Below the pieces are notes generated by a model. That model was not told the origin of the DNA. It worked only from the letters and a program-made list of their open reading frames with translations, and did not search any database. Shown piece by piece: positions 30,372 through 43,106 of a DNA stretch of 64,000 bases. Each line of letters starts with the position of its first letter. Position 1 is the stretch's first letter. This DNA is from Tubulanus polymorphus (Eukaryota > Animalia > Nemertea): contig NC_134025.1 in assembly GCF_964204645.1 (NCBI RefSeq), positions 9,424,001 to 9,488,000 on the forward strand, in the 5' to 3' direction. The position numbers and the translations under genes were made by a program.

Positions 30372-32254
30372 GTAAGGTCGTTTATGTTCTTCTTATGTGT
30401 GTCGTTTCATGTTTGTTCAGTTTAACGTCTCTTATTTCGTTACGGTTCAGATGATTATACCGTTGCGTTTCTACTGAAAACCCAGAATCGAAATCTGCGC
30501 CGCTCTTTGCACGGCATTATTTCCGTAATAATCGCCGGATTTCGTCTGAAATATCAGCGCCGGTTTTCGGAGACGGCGTAAGTCGCACTTCAAACGACTG
30601 CGTTTCTGAAATTCAAACCTTTTAATTAATTAAACATGCTGAGACTTATTGCGGCGGCGGTCTCCTCAGATGGGATAAGACTCGATTGATGTCCGCGGAG
30701 GTAACTCGATGATACCAGTCGGTGATTCAGCTCGTCATGGAGAGAAAAACATCTCGACAAAACAAGAGTAATAACATTGTACTCTGTGACTTTCAGCGCG
30801 ATTACCCTGAATGGAAAAGGCGTTTTATGTGCGGTTAAGATTGCTGTTGTCAACCGGCTAATCTAAATTAGTGGCTCGACGAATGTACGGCGTAACATCA
30901 TTTGGGCTTCAGCTCTAATGAATTCGTGTTTATCGGAGTTTACAGTGATAGACTGCCGTGTCTATAAACCTTGTTTCTTTAAGACCTGTTTTATGTGGCC
31001 TTAATTGTTGGTGGCGCGACTGAAACAAACAGTTTCACAATTATTGCCTTTGTGTTGCTGAATGGTCAAAATCCATATTTATGATAGGAGCTTAGATATC
31101 ACAATATTCATGTTGTTGGAACTGTCTTAATCTGTATGCAACTAGTTGGTTAATTATAGATGGCTTATTTTGCAGTTAATGACGAATGAAGCATTGTTTT
31201 CTGAGATCTACCTTTTTTAGCGGAATACTATGAAAATAGGAAGATGGTATTGATACCACCTTTTTGTATTGTCTATTTCAATTTTGCTTGAGGGTACATC
31301 AGACGGCCTAGCTCAGTCAGTTTTTACCTGATGTAGGTCTTAATAGGATCAGCTGAACTAAAACATTGATTTTTTATCCATTTCACACAGTATTTAAGGT
31401 TTGCCAAAAAGTCTTTATTGCACAGGGTTGAAAAGAGGAACTCAGAGTGACGCCTATGTTTCCATGCCAATATACCATAATTTTAATGATTTGAAAACAA
31501 GTAGATAATTAATTCATTGTAGGTTTTAATTTGATCTCCGTAGATATTAAGTGCTTATCATTTTCATTATTCGAACTTTATTAGCCAGTACATGTATATA
31601 AGATTGCATCGGATATATCTAAAAATCTGCCGAGACCGGGATTGTTAACTCGTAATCAAATTTTCTATTCCGTCGCCGGGGCCTGATTTGGATATCGACG
31701 GGTCATTGGTTGCAGCGATCGCCGTGTACTCATTTTATGTCCAAGTCATGCGTGAAATTCATTTGCCGCAGTCGGCGCGTTTTGAATTAGTATTCCCCAT
31801 GTGATTACTTGTGACGGAGCTGTCAAGATATGGCGCTGCATATTATAGCCTGGTTTGTAGCCCGGCCACCACCATCCAACTGAATTTCTATGATTGATCC
31901 ATTCACTCACTGCGCGATCTAGCAGCCTTCAGATTTAATTTAGTCGCTCGGAAAAGAAGAAACATTTTTCCCCGTTTCTACGTTGTAGTAGTCCGCGTTT
32001 GAGGTCAAACGACGATGATATAGATTTTCATCTTATAGTTCCGCGGTGCCCTTAATGGATTCAGATTTGCCGTCGCGTGTAAGTCGCGCATATTCGATTC
32101 ATTTAGGAAGAATATATAGGGATTCTCCGGCGTATTGAACACCGGTAGATAATATTTTTCGTGTTAAGTAAAGTTAAACTTTTCATATTCTGGTATATAA
32201 AGTTTCCATGGAAACTAAAGAAACGTCATCGTCGTTAATGCTGGAACATGCGCT

Positions 32255-32264
32255 TATATATATA

Positions 32265-32330
<66 letters not shown>
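32255..32330. repeat. (AT)n microsatellite
   Basis: Direct observation. Confidence 0.98.
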
Positions 32331-32335
<5 letters not shown>

Positions 32336-35300
32336 CTCATTGGATCTCGCTTGTGGGTTGAATACGCACAATACCGAGAAATATGAATATATATGTTATC
32401 GAATAATTTGTGATTACTATTCAGTAGAAATTTCAGCTTATTCTTGTTACGTTTCCTCCCATATACGGGCAGGCCTAAGTCATATATTTTTTTAAATCTC
32501 AAAATCTCTTAGTTGAATTTCTGCCATTGATTTTGTTCGTTTCGAGGACTTCGCTCGGCGATGTATTATGGAATCTGTGCATCGGATCGAATTGTAGGTG
32601 AAAAAGTTGTAGATTTGAAGTGTAGTGGAGCTTCTGAACTCTCGATGATTTGTAAAAGAAATACAGACACTTGTTGACACTTAAATGCTAGCAGTGCGAA
32701 AATTAAAATGTCAAGTGGGTATTTGATTTTTTTTGTATGAGCCGTTTCAATATTGTAATGCGGAGTCTGAAATGGTACATTATCGAGATACAGAAAATTA
32801 AATTGTATTCAATCGGATCAAAAATACATAAAAAATCTTTGATTGTATCAGTAATGATGAAATATGCTGACAATTGCTTTAAAAAAATCTACTCTCTAAA
32901 TTAATTGCAAATTGTTGAATAAATTACAAGGGTACTTATTAACCAAGTAAGAATAACCGTATTTTGTATCTTTTTGAATATTTTCAACACTTCATGTTAG
33001 AATTTCTATAGTCAATTCAATGGAATCTTATGGCGCTGTAGTGTTGTATACATTATTGCGCATTTACAATGAAGAAGAAAAATAGTTGAATCTGAATTAA
33101 GTGAGTTCTATTGTACTGTGTGAGGTGATTTATACTTACTAGGCCTAAAAGTACTTTCGTTAATAAACTCTCCTAGACTCTGAGCAATTTTTCTGAACTC
33201 AAGCATGATGAATTTCATTTCTTGCATATCTAAAATCTGCACTATGTGCAGTGAGTTTTTTTCATTAATCGTTCCCTGGTTCTGTTGTGTTTGAATGAAT
33301 TTATGTAGAATATGACTAATGAACCTGCGACACCGGGGACTAAGACAGAGGGATAATCATAATTGCCGTAGTTGAGTGACTGCAAAGGGGTACTGTACGA
33401 ATCTGCTGACTTCTTTAAGCATAATTGATAAACATTTTTGTAGATCAGTATGACAGGTCTAAAAATATGGATATTACATATTCTGGTGTTTAAACATATT
33501 TTAGCTGGAGGTATAACGACAGTGAATTCAGCTGCCGCTGGTGAACATGGTAAAACAGTTCCATTCTACAGGTGCATTAGCTGAAGTAGAGTCAGCTGAC
33601 ATGTTATTGTGCCACATCCACCCAGAGAATTTATTTGAAGTGGAAAATTCTGAACATGTGTACATATATTGATGATTATCAATATACATATCTTTATATA
33701 TGTATATATATGGCAGGCTGATTGATCCATATTTGGCCTCTCCTCTCCCCTCCAGTCGGAATTATATTGAAATTCAAATATTATTTTATGTTCGGCGTCG
33801 ATGTGTCGATAAGATGATTATATCATTATCAAAACGAGTAGAAACTAATAAACCATTTGCAACCACAGCTGCAATCGGTCTCATCTACTAAATTTCTCTA
33901 TGTCCCTATGTCGTATATGATATATCTGTCTCGCTGATAATTTTTCGCAAATTTGAACAGGTTTTTCTGTTATTGCGTGTTTTTTTTTCTACGAATATGA
34001 AATACTAAGAAAATACTAGTTAAAGCTCCGCTCGGAGGCATGTTGAACGCCCCGCTTAATTTGTCCGGTCTTTGAGAATGATTGTCAGACAATAGACAAT
34101 TTTGTGCTTATGCAAAGAGATTTGTCACGCGCCACAATGTGGCCTAATGTATTTGTCTTGTCTTTACCTAAAGCGATACTCGTTACGAATCAATTAGAAA
34201 TCTGGGGGTCAACACTAGTGTTAAGATCGTCACAACAAGCACCTTGAAGCGTCGTAGTCGTTCTATCTATCAGTCAGCGATTCTTAATTGCGTCGAGAAG
34301 AGGCTTTACGAACGCGTTTCGAAAATGGTCGATATCGCTGAACCCGTACAAAACCATTGATCGTTGTTCTTTGCAACCAGAAAAAAGATGGCAGAAGAAA
34401 GAATCATCGTACGGCTTATAAATCATAGCTACAAGTTCGTCATATCGTTTTTTGCCATTATTGCTTAAGATCCTAGCAATGGCGTACCCGCTATCCTGCC
34501 AGACGGCTTGACAAGCGGTAGTTCGTCCAAAATTTGTTCATTTTCAATGACCTTTGAACCAGATTTTTAGATTCCCCAATCCATATATTATCACAGCACC
34601 TATTAAATATACAATACTTTCATTCTTCTACTCGGATATAGTTTCTTTGATAATCGATTCATTTAAGAGAAAAGTTCATTTAGATTTAATTGAAATCGAA
34701 CTAGAAGGAATAGAAGAAATCGAACGGGGACGACCAACTATAGCTAGCCTGGCTGATCCTCGCCTGCCATACGTGGAATCCTCAATTGTACAGTAGCACT
34801 GAGGGTACCCCATTAGATATATAAAATTTCTTCATCTGTTCAGGATATACGAGTTGTCACATGAATCATATTACCACATGTTTTTATTATTCATTGCCAT
34901 TTTTAGTGGTACGTCCATCAAATTTCAATATCAGCGGCGATGTGTCATTAAGTGCAGATTGTAAATGTCTTGGCGCTTGAATGGTGTACCCTGAAAAAAA
35001 TATTGCCCGGTGATTTTAAATAAGGCTTCATTCAAGTAGTCAGCGTTGCCAGTTCCAATAAGCCTGGATTTGAAGTGTACTCCAGAATGCCATTATTAAT
35101 GAGCTCCTGTCTCCATTCTGTATTATGTCGTGTATGATATATGTATAGATTGTAGAATGTGTTCGATTATTAGTATAAAACTACTCATTGCTCTGTTGTC
35201 GATATTTGAACTGGATTTATTGTGTTTTCATGGGTTTAGTCAAGCTCCGTGCCGTACTCCGTCTTCAAATCGAAACCATCAAACTTAAATAACTCGCTTA

Positions 35301-36808
35301 TTGTTGTTGCGCATAAAATTGGACAATTTCATATATATTTTTTATCTGAATTGAAGGGTTCACTGTACTATTAACAATTTGAAACAGACTTTTTTCAAGT
35401 TTGTAACCCTTGGTCCGCTCGTCCAAATTTAGGCTGTTCTAACGAATGTAGTGTAAACTTGTCTTAAGCTCGGGTTTCTTGACGTGATTGGAGACATATG
35501 TACGCGGCGTACATGACAAACCTACTGATTAGGCTTGATTCGATCATAAGTATAATTACAATGATTTTGCTGGTTCGCTAGCGAGCTTCAATTTCTATAA
35601 TTGCCCTTCATAGAATGACGCGGATTCATTTAATTCAACTGATTTTAGATTTGCCTCATCTGACGACTACTATACCGTCGCATCGTGAGATGATAATAAC
35701 AACATGTCTCATTATAGTATCTGGAGGGATTGACAGCGAACTCGGTTTCCCCGTAGCGCTTATATCTCTTCATTAATAATACCGAGTCTTTATCGAAGCC
35801 GAGTCGAATTGAGAAAATCAAGTTTCCCTACACGACGTTTTCAAATTGGGCCTGCCGATTCGCCGTCGTCTCGAACGGCATCGTGATTGCCAGCCGAAAT
35901 TATGTCGAGTTGCGCCGCTTTCTTCCTGGTGGTGGCACAGTTTCTACTGAAAAGTGTAAAATAATGTTTTTCACTCAAGTAAAACTATAGAGAATCCCTG
36001 TGATGTCATTAGATGTTCCCTGTGATGTCATACACAGGGTAGTATATTGATGTGCCTTCGAATGTAGATATTAGGATGGAAACAATTCAATCCGGAGGAG
36101 TTAGGACCTAGTCAGGAATTAGTTAGGAGTTAGGAATTCTACCGGTTTATTTGAAATCAGAATAGGAAATTGTAATTTCGGATACAGTACGGCCGGACTC
36201 TTTGAGTCTTTCAATTCTAGATGAAACTGACGGTTCCCAGTTTCGAAAAGTCCTAGGCGTCGATTATACGCAGCGGTAGCGATGTCGATAGATTTTCACA
36301 GGTTATGCCGATGTAATGCGAGTTTTATTGCCGATAGTAAATGATGTTTGCGCCGCATTAATAAAGTTGAGGATCAATTCGGATGCATTGATCATTTTTC
36401 TTTCGGGCTGTATGCGCACGTGCGCGCGCTTCGAGAATCGCGGAGATGTGTAATGAATTGAAGGCTCGCTGTAGCGTATCGCGCGCTGATTCCGCCGTAT
36501 ACTCCTCGTTAGATAGAAAGCCGAAATTGATAATTTCCGTCGACGGAAACTCGACTGTTATTTGAATGCAAACGTTTGATTTGTCGAGGTTATGGATATT
36601 TCCTTTTTTTCTCGTCCTGTCGTCGAAGGATGAGTCGTTACTAATCAGCGACGAGTCCTATGAACTCGTTCCCGTTTAGGGTCATCTCATTCTGACCTTG
36701 TGATATTTATGAAGTTCTTCATTCACAAACTGAAGGTGTTCGGATATTGAGATCTGTTAACACTAATTGTTTTTACATGTGCTTAACTCTATCCATGCTG
36801 CAATCGCA

Positions 36809-37654
36809 CAGAGGCGATTTGGCGCGGGCCGAATTGGCCCGAGCGAGGCCCGAGTCAAATTTGGCCCGTGCCTAATTAAAGAGCGCGGTCACAAGTAAAC
36901 CACTCACTCAATACTAAACATTGCTCAAACAAAGCGAAGTGAGTCACTGCTGGAACTTGTAGCAATTCACACGCAATCATTTGACCTGTACTAAAATTCA
37001 ATGAAATAAGCGTCACAGATTTGTTTCTCGTCACTTACTGGTGATATCAGTAGTAGGCTTGTGGAAAATACGCCATACTTCGTTTCTGATATGGAAATGA
37101 TAACGGCACGTTGTTTAAAAATTTACTCAATCATGTGTTGAAAGCAGGTGTTCTGGGGACAGACTGAGCACACCGCTCGGTTGAGTCGACGATAATGCTG
37201 CTGACGACGCATCGATATTATCGAATATATAAATATGGATCTGTACTTAATTCATACGCTACAATAGCGTACAGGGTCTAGTTCATTAGTTTAATCAAAG
37301 TAATCGTCCGCAATCCGATAGCACCACCTGCATGTCCGAATATCCGCAGGCGGTATCTATAGCCACGATCACATGATTTAGCCCAGTCCAGGCCCGCGTC
37401 AAATTTTGCCCATGTCTAATTAAGTACCGCGTTCACAAGTAAACCACTCACTTCATACTAAAAAATGCTTAAGCAAAGCGAAGTGACTCATTTCCTGAAC
37501 CAGTTGCGATGCACATGCGATGACTTGACCCAGGCCTGGTCCAAAGTGTTTGGTCGGCCCAAATTTCACCCAGGCCATTTGGCACCCGTATGAATGGCTG
37601 TTCCGGGCAAAATTGGTTACCGGTCAAATGTGGCCCGGGCCAAAATCGCTCTCG
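36809..37654. mobile_element. Non-autonomous TIR element family E with an internally duplicated module
   Basis: Termini gaggcgatttggcgcgggcc / ggcccgggccaaaatcgctctc are inverted. The module ...cacaagtaaaccactcact...aaagcgaagtga... occurs twice (about 36845-36990 and 37390-37535). Confidence 0.75.
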
Positions 37655-39299
37655 TTTCATCACGGCTTATGGAGCCTATACGTCATTCTCAGAGATATTC
37701 TATTGTTCAGCGAAACATGAAAATTAAACTCGAGCAGCTGTTTTACTTATAGCTTTGTATTCTACTACAGATTCCGTGAATAGGTTATTCGTATATATGT
37801 ATCATTATGATTATGTACGCGTGATTGAAATCGATTTGAAATCTATTTCCGACGATTCGAACGTTCGATATTATCCCCGGCGTATAGCGCCGTAGAATCT
37901 TGCTTCGTTACGATAAATTTCGACGAAATATCGCCTCCGGGTATAGCCTCGGTCTTTCTTCTTATTTTATAAATAATCTATGAATTATTGACCGTATGAA
38001 AGCTTTCGTTTGACCTTCAGTCGGGTTTTAAAATATCCGACATTTCCCTTTCGTTTAGATATCGACAGACGAAAATATACTCGTATTAAGTTTTGGCGAG
38101 GCCGTGTCGGAAAAATTCACCGGTCGAAATATTTTTTCGATCCGGCTGGTGTGCAATGTTTGATGGTGAGGACATTGATTTTCCATTCCACATATTCGTT
38201 TGTGCGGGGCAATAGCGGCTGATTGAAGGAAATCAGCGATGACGGGCTTGTATCAAATTGCTCGTGATTTCAGTTTTTTTCACTCCATTCCTTAATTGCG
38301 GACGGATGTTTTAATGAGTTATTCGATCGCGTAGATTATCGTCGCAACTGCGAGTCGTTATCGCCCTGCTACTCGCTTAAGAATTTTTCGTAAAAATGAA
38401 TCGTTGCCGGGATGATCGAGCACTTTTTCATAATTACCCTAAGCGTCAACTTGTACTCCATATCTGATGAATTAAGTATAAGTATCATTCTCGGCATCGA
38501 CAGTCATACCATCTGATGATCAATCTTGAATTCAATTCAATCTTTATTCAGCATAAACATTTGAAAAAAAAACAGAAAGTGTGACTGACAATCAGTTTGA
38601 TGAATGAACAGCCTCTGGTCGTATTTTAATACGTACCCGGTAGATCATTTTCAATCAGTTTTGAACTGAATTATTCAGCGACGAATTTCAACACGGAATT
38701 GTCTGCCCTATGAATCAATCAGCAAACTTAATGAAGGCTATCGCCTAGACCACGTTTAGCTTGGGTGTGGTCAGCGGTGTTCCGTTTCCCCTCTTGGCGA
38801 TATTATTGGCCAAATCATGAAGTCCAAGGGGTTAACAAAGGGTTAATGATTCTATAACAAAGACTTGCGTAGCATATTGAGCTCGAGGAGCTTGCAGTTT
38901 CTCTTGGGTGTGGTCATGGCGACTCCGCCTTGAAGACGGAACATCTGATACATGCAATTTCATATGTATTTATTTACGGCGTTCGAGTGAACTGCGACTT
39001 TCATTGTGATTGCGTATATTTCTTTTTAAGATGCTCCTCTAGAGTTATATCGGTGGAATGTACGGATTGGTTCTTTACGATACACTTCAGCCGAGCAATA
39101 ATAAAAAAACATTAACAACGTGAATATCTCTTTCTTCGAGTTCGGTCTTAGTCAATTCTTCTTCTTCAGCTTCGGTTTTGATTTATTGAACATATCGACG
39201 TTTTTTCGTCCGCTTTCTCTATAGCTGTCGTTCCTTTTTCGGCGATAGCGTAGCGGGAACATTAAAAGATACGATTACCGGTGAAGTAACGGTGAAGTA

Positions 39300-39502
39300 A
39301 TGCGGTCGTCTTTAATTGACGTCATCAAGTCGGAAAGTCAGTGTGTGGCATCATAAATAGGCGTATGATTATGATTCGTGGGTCTCCCTCCCTCCCGATG
39401 CTCCCCCTCTCCCCCTCTCCCATTCTCCCTGCCTTCTCTCCCTCAAAGTTTTCCATTCATTCGTTGCTGAATCGATGAACAGAAGATGCGTTATCCCGTC
39501 AG
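39300..39502 (+). promoter_or_regulatory. Candidate CELF alternative promoter / first exon (MRYPV-S)
   Basis: Perfect CRE palindrome TGACGTCA at 39317-39324, TATA-like cataaata, a CT-rich tract, then ATG CGT TAT CCC GTC AG|gtaaaa (39486-39502). This phase-2 donor is in frame with exon 51582. Confidence 0.4.
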
Positions 39503-39867
39503 GTAAAAGTTTAGTATTCTTACTTTCTGTAAGGTACAATTGCTTGTCTTGTTTGATAGTACTAGAGGTATTTTGTTTACACACAGCCGCTGATGGGGTA
39601 CTCTCCTTCAATAACAGTAAACTTTACCCATGGCTGCCGGGAGGATGTATATTTTATTGCAGTAGGTTAGGAATCCTGTTAGACAGGTGAAGCACCGGTT
39701 TTGAGTCAGGTGTATTAATTGCTGCCAGTATTCTACCTGTGGTGGGTTTACTTAAAACAAAGGCGATTTTGTCGTCTGATTCCAGATTAATAGCGGGAAC
39801 TATTCAGCGTTATAATCAATCAATAAACAGCATCAATTCATAAATGCGATGGTACATTTCTTATAGC

Positions 39868-40125
39868 CGAGACAATTTTGCCTGGCTTATGGCACGAACG
39901 GGCCAACGAGTCAAATTTGGCCCATACCTAAAGAGAGGGCGCTTTCACGTGCAAACCACTCACTAGATACCAAACTCAAGCCACACAGATTTGGCCCGGG
40001 TCAAATTGGCACGGATCAGGCCCGAGTAAAATTTGGTCCGTGCCCAATTAGAGAGCACGTTCATGCGCAAACCACTCACTCCACACTAAACAATGCTTTA
40101 AAAAATTAGGCCCGGGCCACGACAA
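39868..40125. mobile_element. Family E partial copy
   Basis: cgagacaattttgcc...caaatttggccc...caaaccactcact, with the module present twice. Confidence 0.7.
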
Positions 40126-40659
40126 CTCGCGATTTTTTACGGAATACGTCTGTAAAAAAAACCCTGTAATGGGGATTCGAGACCAGTATCGATTTCTGTC
40201 GTGTTCTATTTTGTTTTGATAAATAGCTTTCTGAAAAAACTTCGCTTAACAGATCTGCGATCTCGGATTAGCTTAGTTAACAGTGAGCTGCAACTTTGAA
40301 GATTTAGTCACGCGACGGTAAACACGAGCCGGGCAGTTTCATTTTAACTTTGATGAGGCCTTAATATGGAAGAAATCTTAGAAGGCTATTATAAGATTTC
40401 GGAGATCAGTGAGAAAACGTTCTTTGAAATACAAGAGCCGGTTTCAATATATCGGGGAAGTGGACCTGGTGAATATAGCTCTTATTGCCTCAAAATATGA
40501 CAACAAGAATTTTATATCATTTTCGCGCACTTCCTCGATTTTAAAGCCAAATTTTGCGCGGAACAACTGTTCATGCGGGTGCCATGGGTTCATGCTTGTT
40601 AGACCCGACCAGAGATGCCGGATCGTGGCTTTTGTGTGTGAACCCGCTCTTATTATGCA

Positions 40660-40712
40660 CGGACCAAATTTGACTCGGGCTTGATCCGTGCCAATTTGCC
40701 CTGTGCCAAATC
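40660..40712. repeat. Family E inverted fragment
   Basis: ggaccaaatttgactcgggcttgatccgtgccaatttg is a near reverse complement of about 40002-40040. Confidence 0.7.
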
Positions 40713-42953
40713 GTACGGCTTACACTTTTCCTATAACTTCTAAACCACAGTATCGCTCGTTGATGAATGATATTAGTTTCCAAACCTCAGAATCCGAGTA
40801 CATATTTTATCAGCGAAGGCAATATTTCCTCCTTCCGTCTACGGCGAAAGTATGTCAATAAAAAGTGTTTGCTTAAATCAGTAAGTGGTTCAATTCATTC
40901 ATTATCACTGTACGTCAGGAATGTATCAACACTCATGCAGTTCCTGACCAAATTCTAATTGATGTTAATGATTTTTTCGGTATTCTTACTTAATAACGCC
41001 TATACGGTTTTTGGTTTTCATCATTCCGTATGAAGTACTATGGAATTATAATATCGCTTTCATTATTGATTCTAAAGCACACATTTTATTCAATCTCGTT
41101 GCTGGCCTATTTACATCATTAATTTCCGTCGCAAAAGTTTGAAATCCCTTGTGCACATACGGCGCAGATTAGGATTTTGAAACCTTTCATACCGAGGGGA
41201 ACCCAATAGAAAACAACGAAATGCTCGATGTAATTTTCCGCCCCGTTCGCCCTTTCGGCTTAATTGATACATAATACGCGTTCTCAAACTTCGGAAAATT
41301 GAAAATGAACCTGTCGCACTCGCATAACAATGTAAGCTTAGTTTTATTGCACTTTCAAAGCGTAAATCTCCGGATTAGATGAATGTTCTTATGCATGGAT
41401 GATTCCTTGAGTATTTATAGTGCATAGATATATATGAGAGAGTGAATGTGGGAGTTGTCGATATATGAAAACATTGCAAACTTGCACCGCTGATGATATA
41501 TGCACAGGAGATTTTTTTTGCGCGCTAGATTATTCCGTTGCCCGTAATAGGTATATCACCCTGAGGAGCAGATTTACGAAATTGTCCGAGTATTTAGTTA
41601 TGATAAACAAACCCCGGGGGATCTTAATGCGAAATGTTTTCGCGTCGTCGATACACTTTCTCCGGGCAATAATCTTCTTGTAATGATAGGCCCCGATGAC
41701 ATGAATGCTCTCTTTTATACTGGTGGAGAGAGAGCAGAGTTGAAAAATTTGTAGTGTCAAGGATTTGTTCTGGAAGTGCTCATTCGTCGTATTTACAAAT
41801 GTGGTAACGTAAGAATTTCCTGTCTTTTCAGCTAATCATCTGCCTGTGATAGAAAAATTTTTTTAATCATGAACGGAATTGAATTAAGGTGAGTAAATGG
41901 AAATTTAACGTACTGTATATAGGCCTATAAATGTATTCAATCAAAAATTGATAATTGCTTGGGTTCATTTCTCGCACGACCAGTTGGTACCGAACAGTTG
42001 GCGGAAATATTTCGTCCGCTAGTTAAATGTACATGTCAGGAGAAAGCTTTCATATATATACTACAAAACAATGTTTTTATTCGCTTCAATGAATTATGCT
42101 TCGAAATTCGAAGAACGAAAAAAGAAACAGTTTTCGCGCCGGTCTGCTATAAACCTGGATAAACAGATTCCCACTGCGTGAAGAATTCTGATCAGTAAAC
42201 GGGTCTCGTGCTCTCTCTCGGCAGCGCCTATGTATATGCCCCTCATATTCATTATAACTACATCGATCCCTGAAATGACTGTTAAAACGCATACCCCCAC
42301 GTTCCGCGGCCAGAAAATATGTTATGTACACAACTTTCTCTCGTTTAGAAAAATATTTTTATACATCTCATTCGTATATTATAAGTCGGGCGTTGTATTA
42401 CGAACACATGGTTGATATTCTCCCGGATGATGAAGTTCAAGAGAGGGGAGGTTTTTTCCTGAGCATTCTCGTGAAACGCCGCAAATCGGAACGCCGATCA
42501 AGAGCTTCGTTGTATTCGAAAATGTGCCGTAGATCAAGTCATTAATGAATAGAGAGGCGTGTTGTGTGTGTTCGATGATCACGTAAATCCGTTTATAATA
42601 ATCATCGTCTGTTTTACTGAGATATCTATATGTACGGGACCAACGCGGCACCAATATAAATGCGTAATTTTGCGAACGCGAGGCTTTTACCTTTGCGATG
42701 AAAATACGCAGGAAACGGATTTTCTGTAAGCTGCTCAAATCAATTAGGTAGGAACACCTCACATATTTATCTCTGCTCTATTATGAGACTGTCGATGTTG
42801 CGTAATAGACGTTGTCGATTCAACTATGAAGGGCAGCAGCGATGGGCAGTGTGGTACTGCGCACATGATCTGCTGAAGTTCAAAAAAGCCTGAACAACAC
42901 ATTTAATGACAAGTAGAAGTTGAGTGGTTTGGGACAACTAGTCTCAGTACTAT

Positions 42954-43106
42954 CAGGGGTGGATGTAAGGTGTTATTTGGGAGGGGTGCACCCCCAAAAG
43001 GGTCATACTATGTATAATTACACTGGCACCTCGGAAGAAAGCTCATTTTCCCATAAAAATTTCAGGGCAACTTGACATTGGGGGGGATCCCCTGGATCCA
43101 GCCCTG
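42954..43106. mobile_element. MITE family D degenerate copy
   Basis: caggggtggatgtaagg...cctggatccagccctg. Confidence 0.55.
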
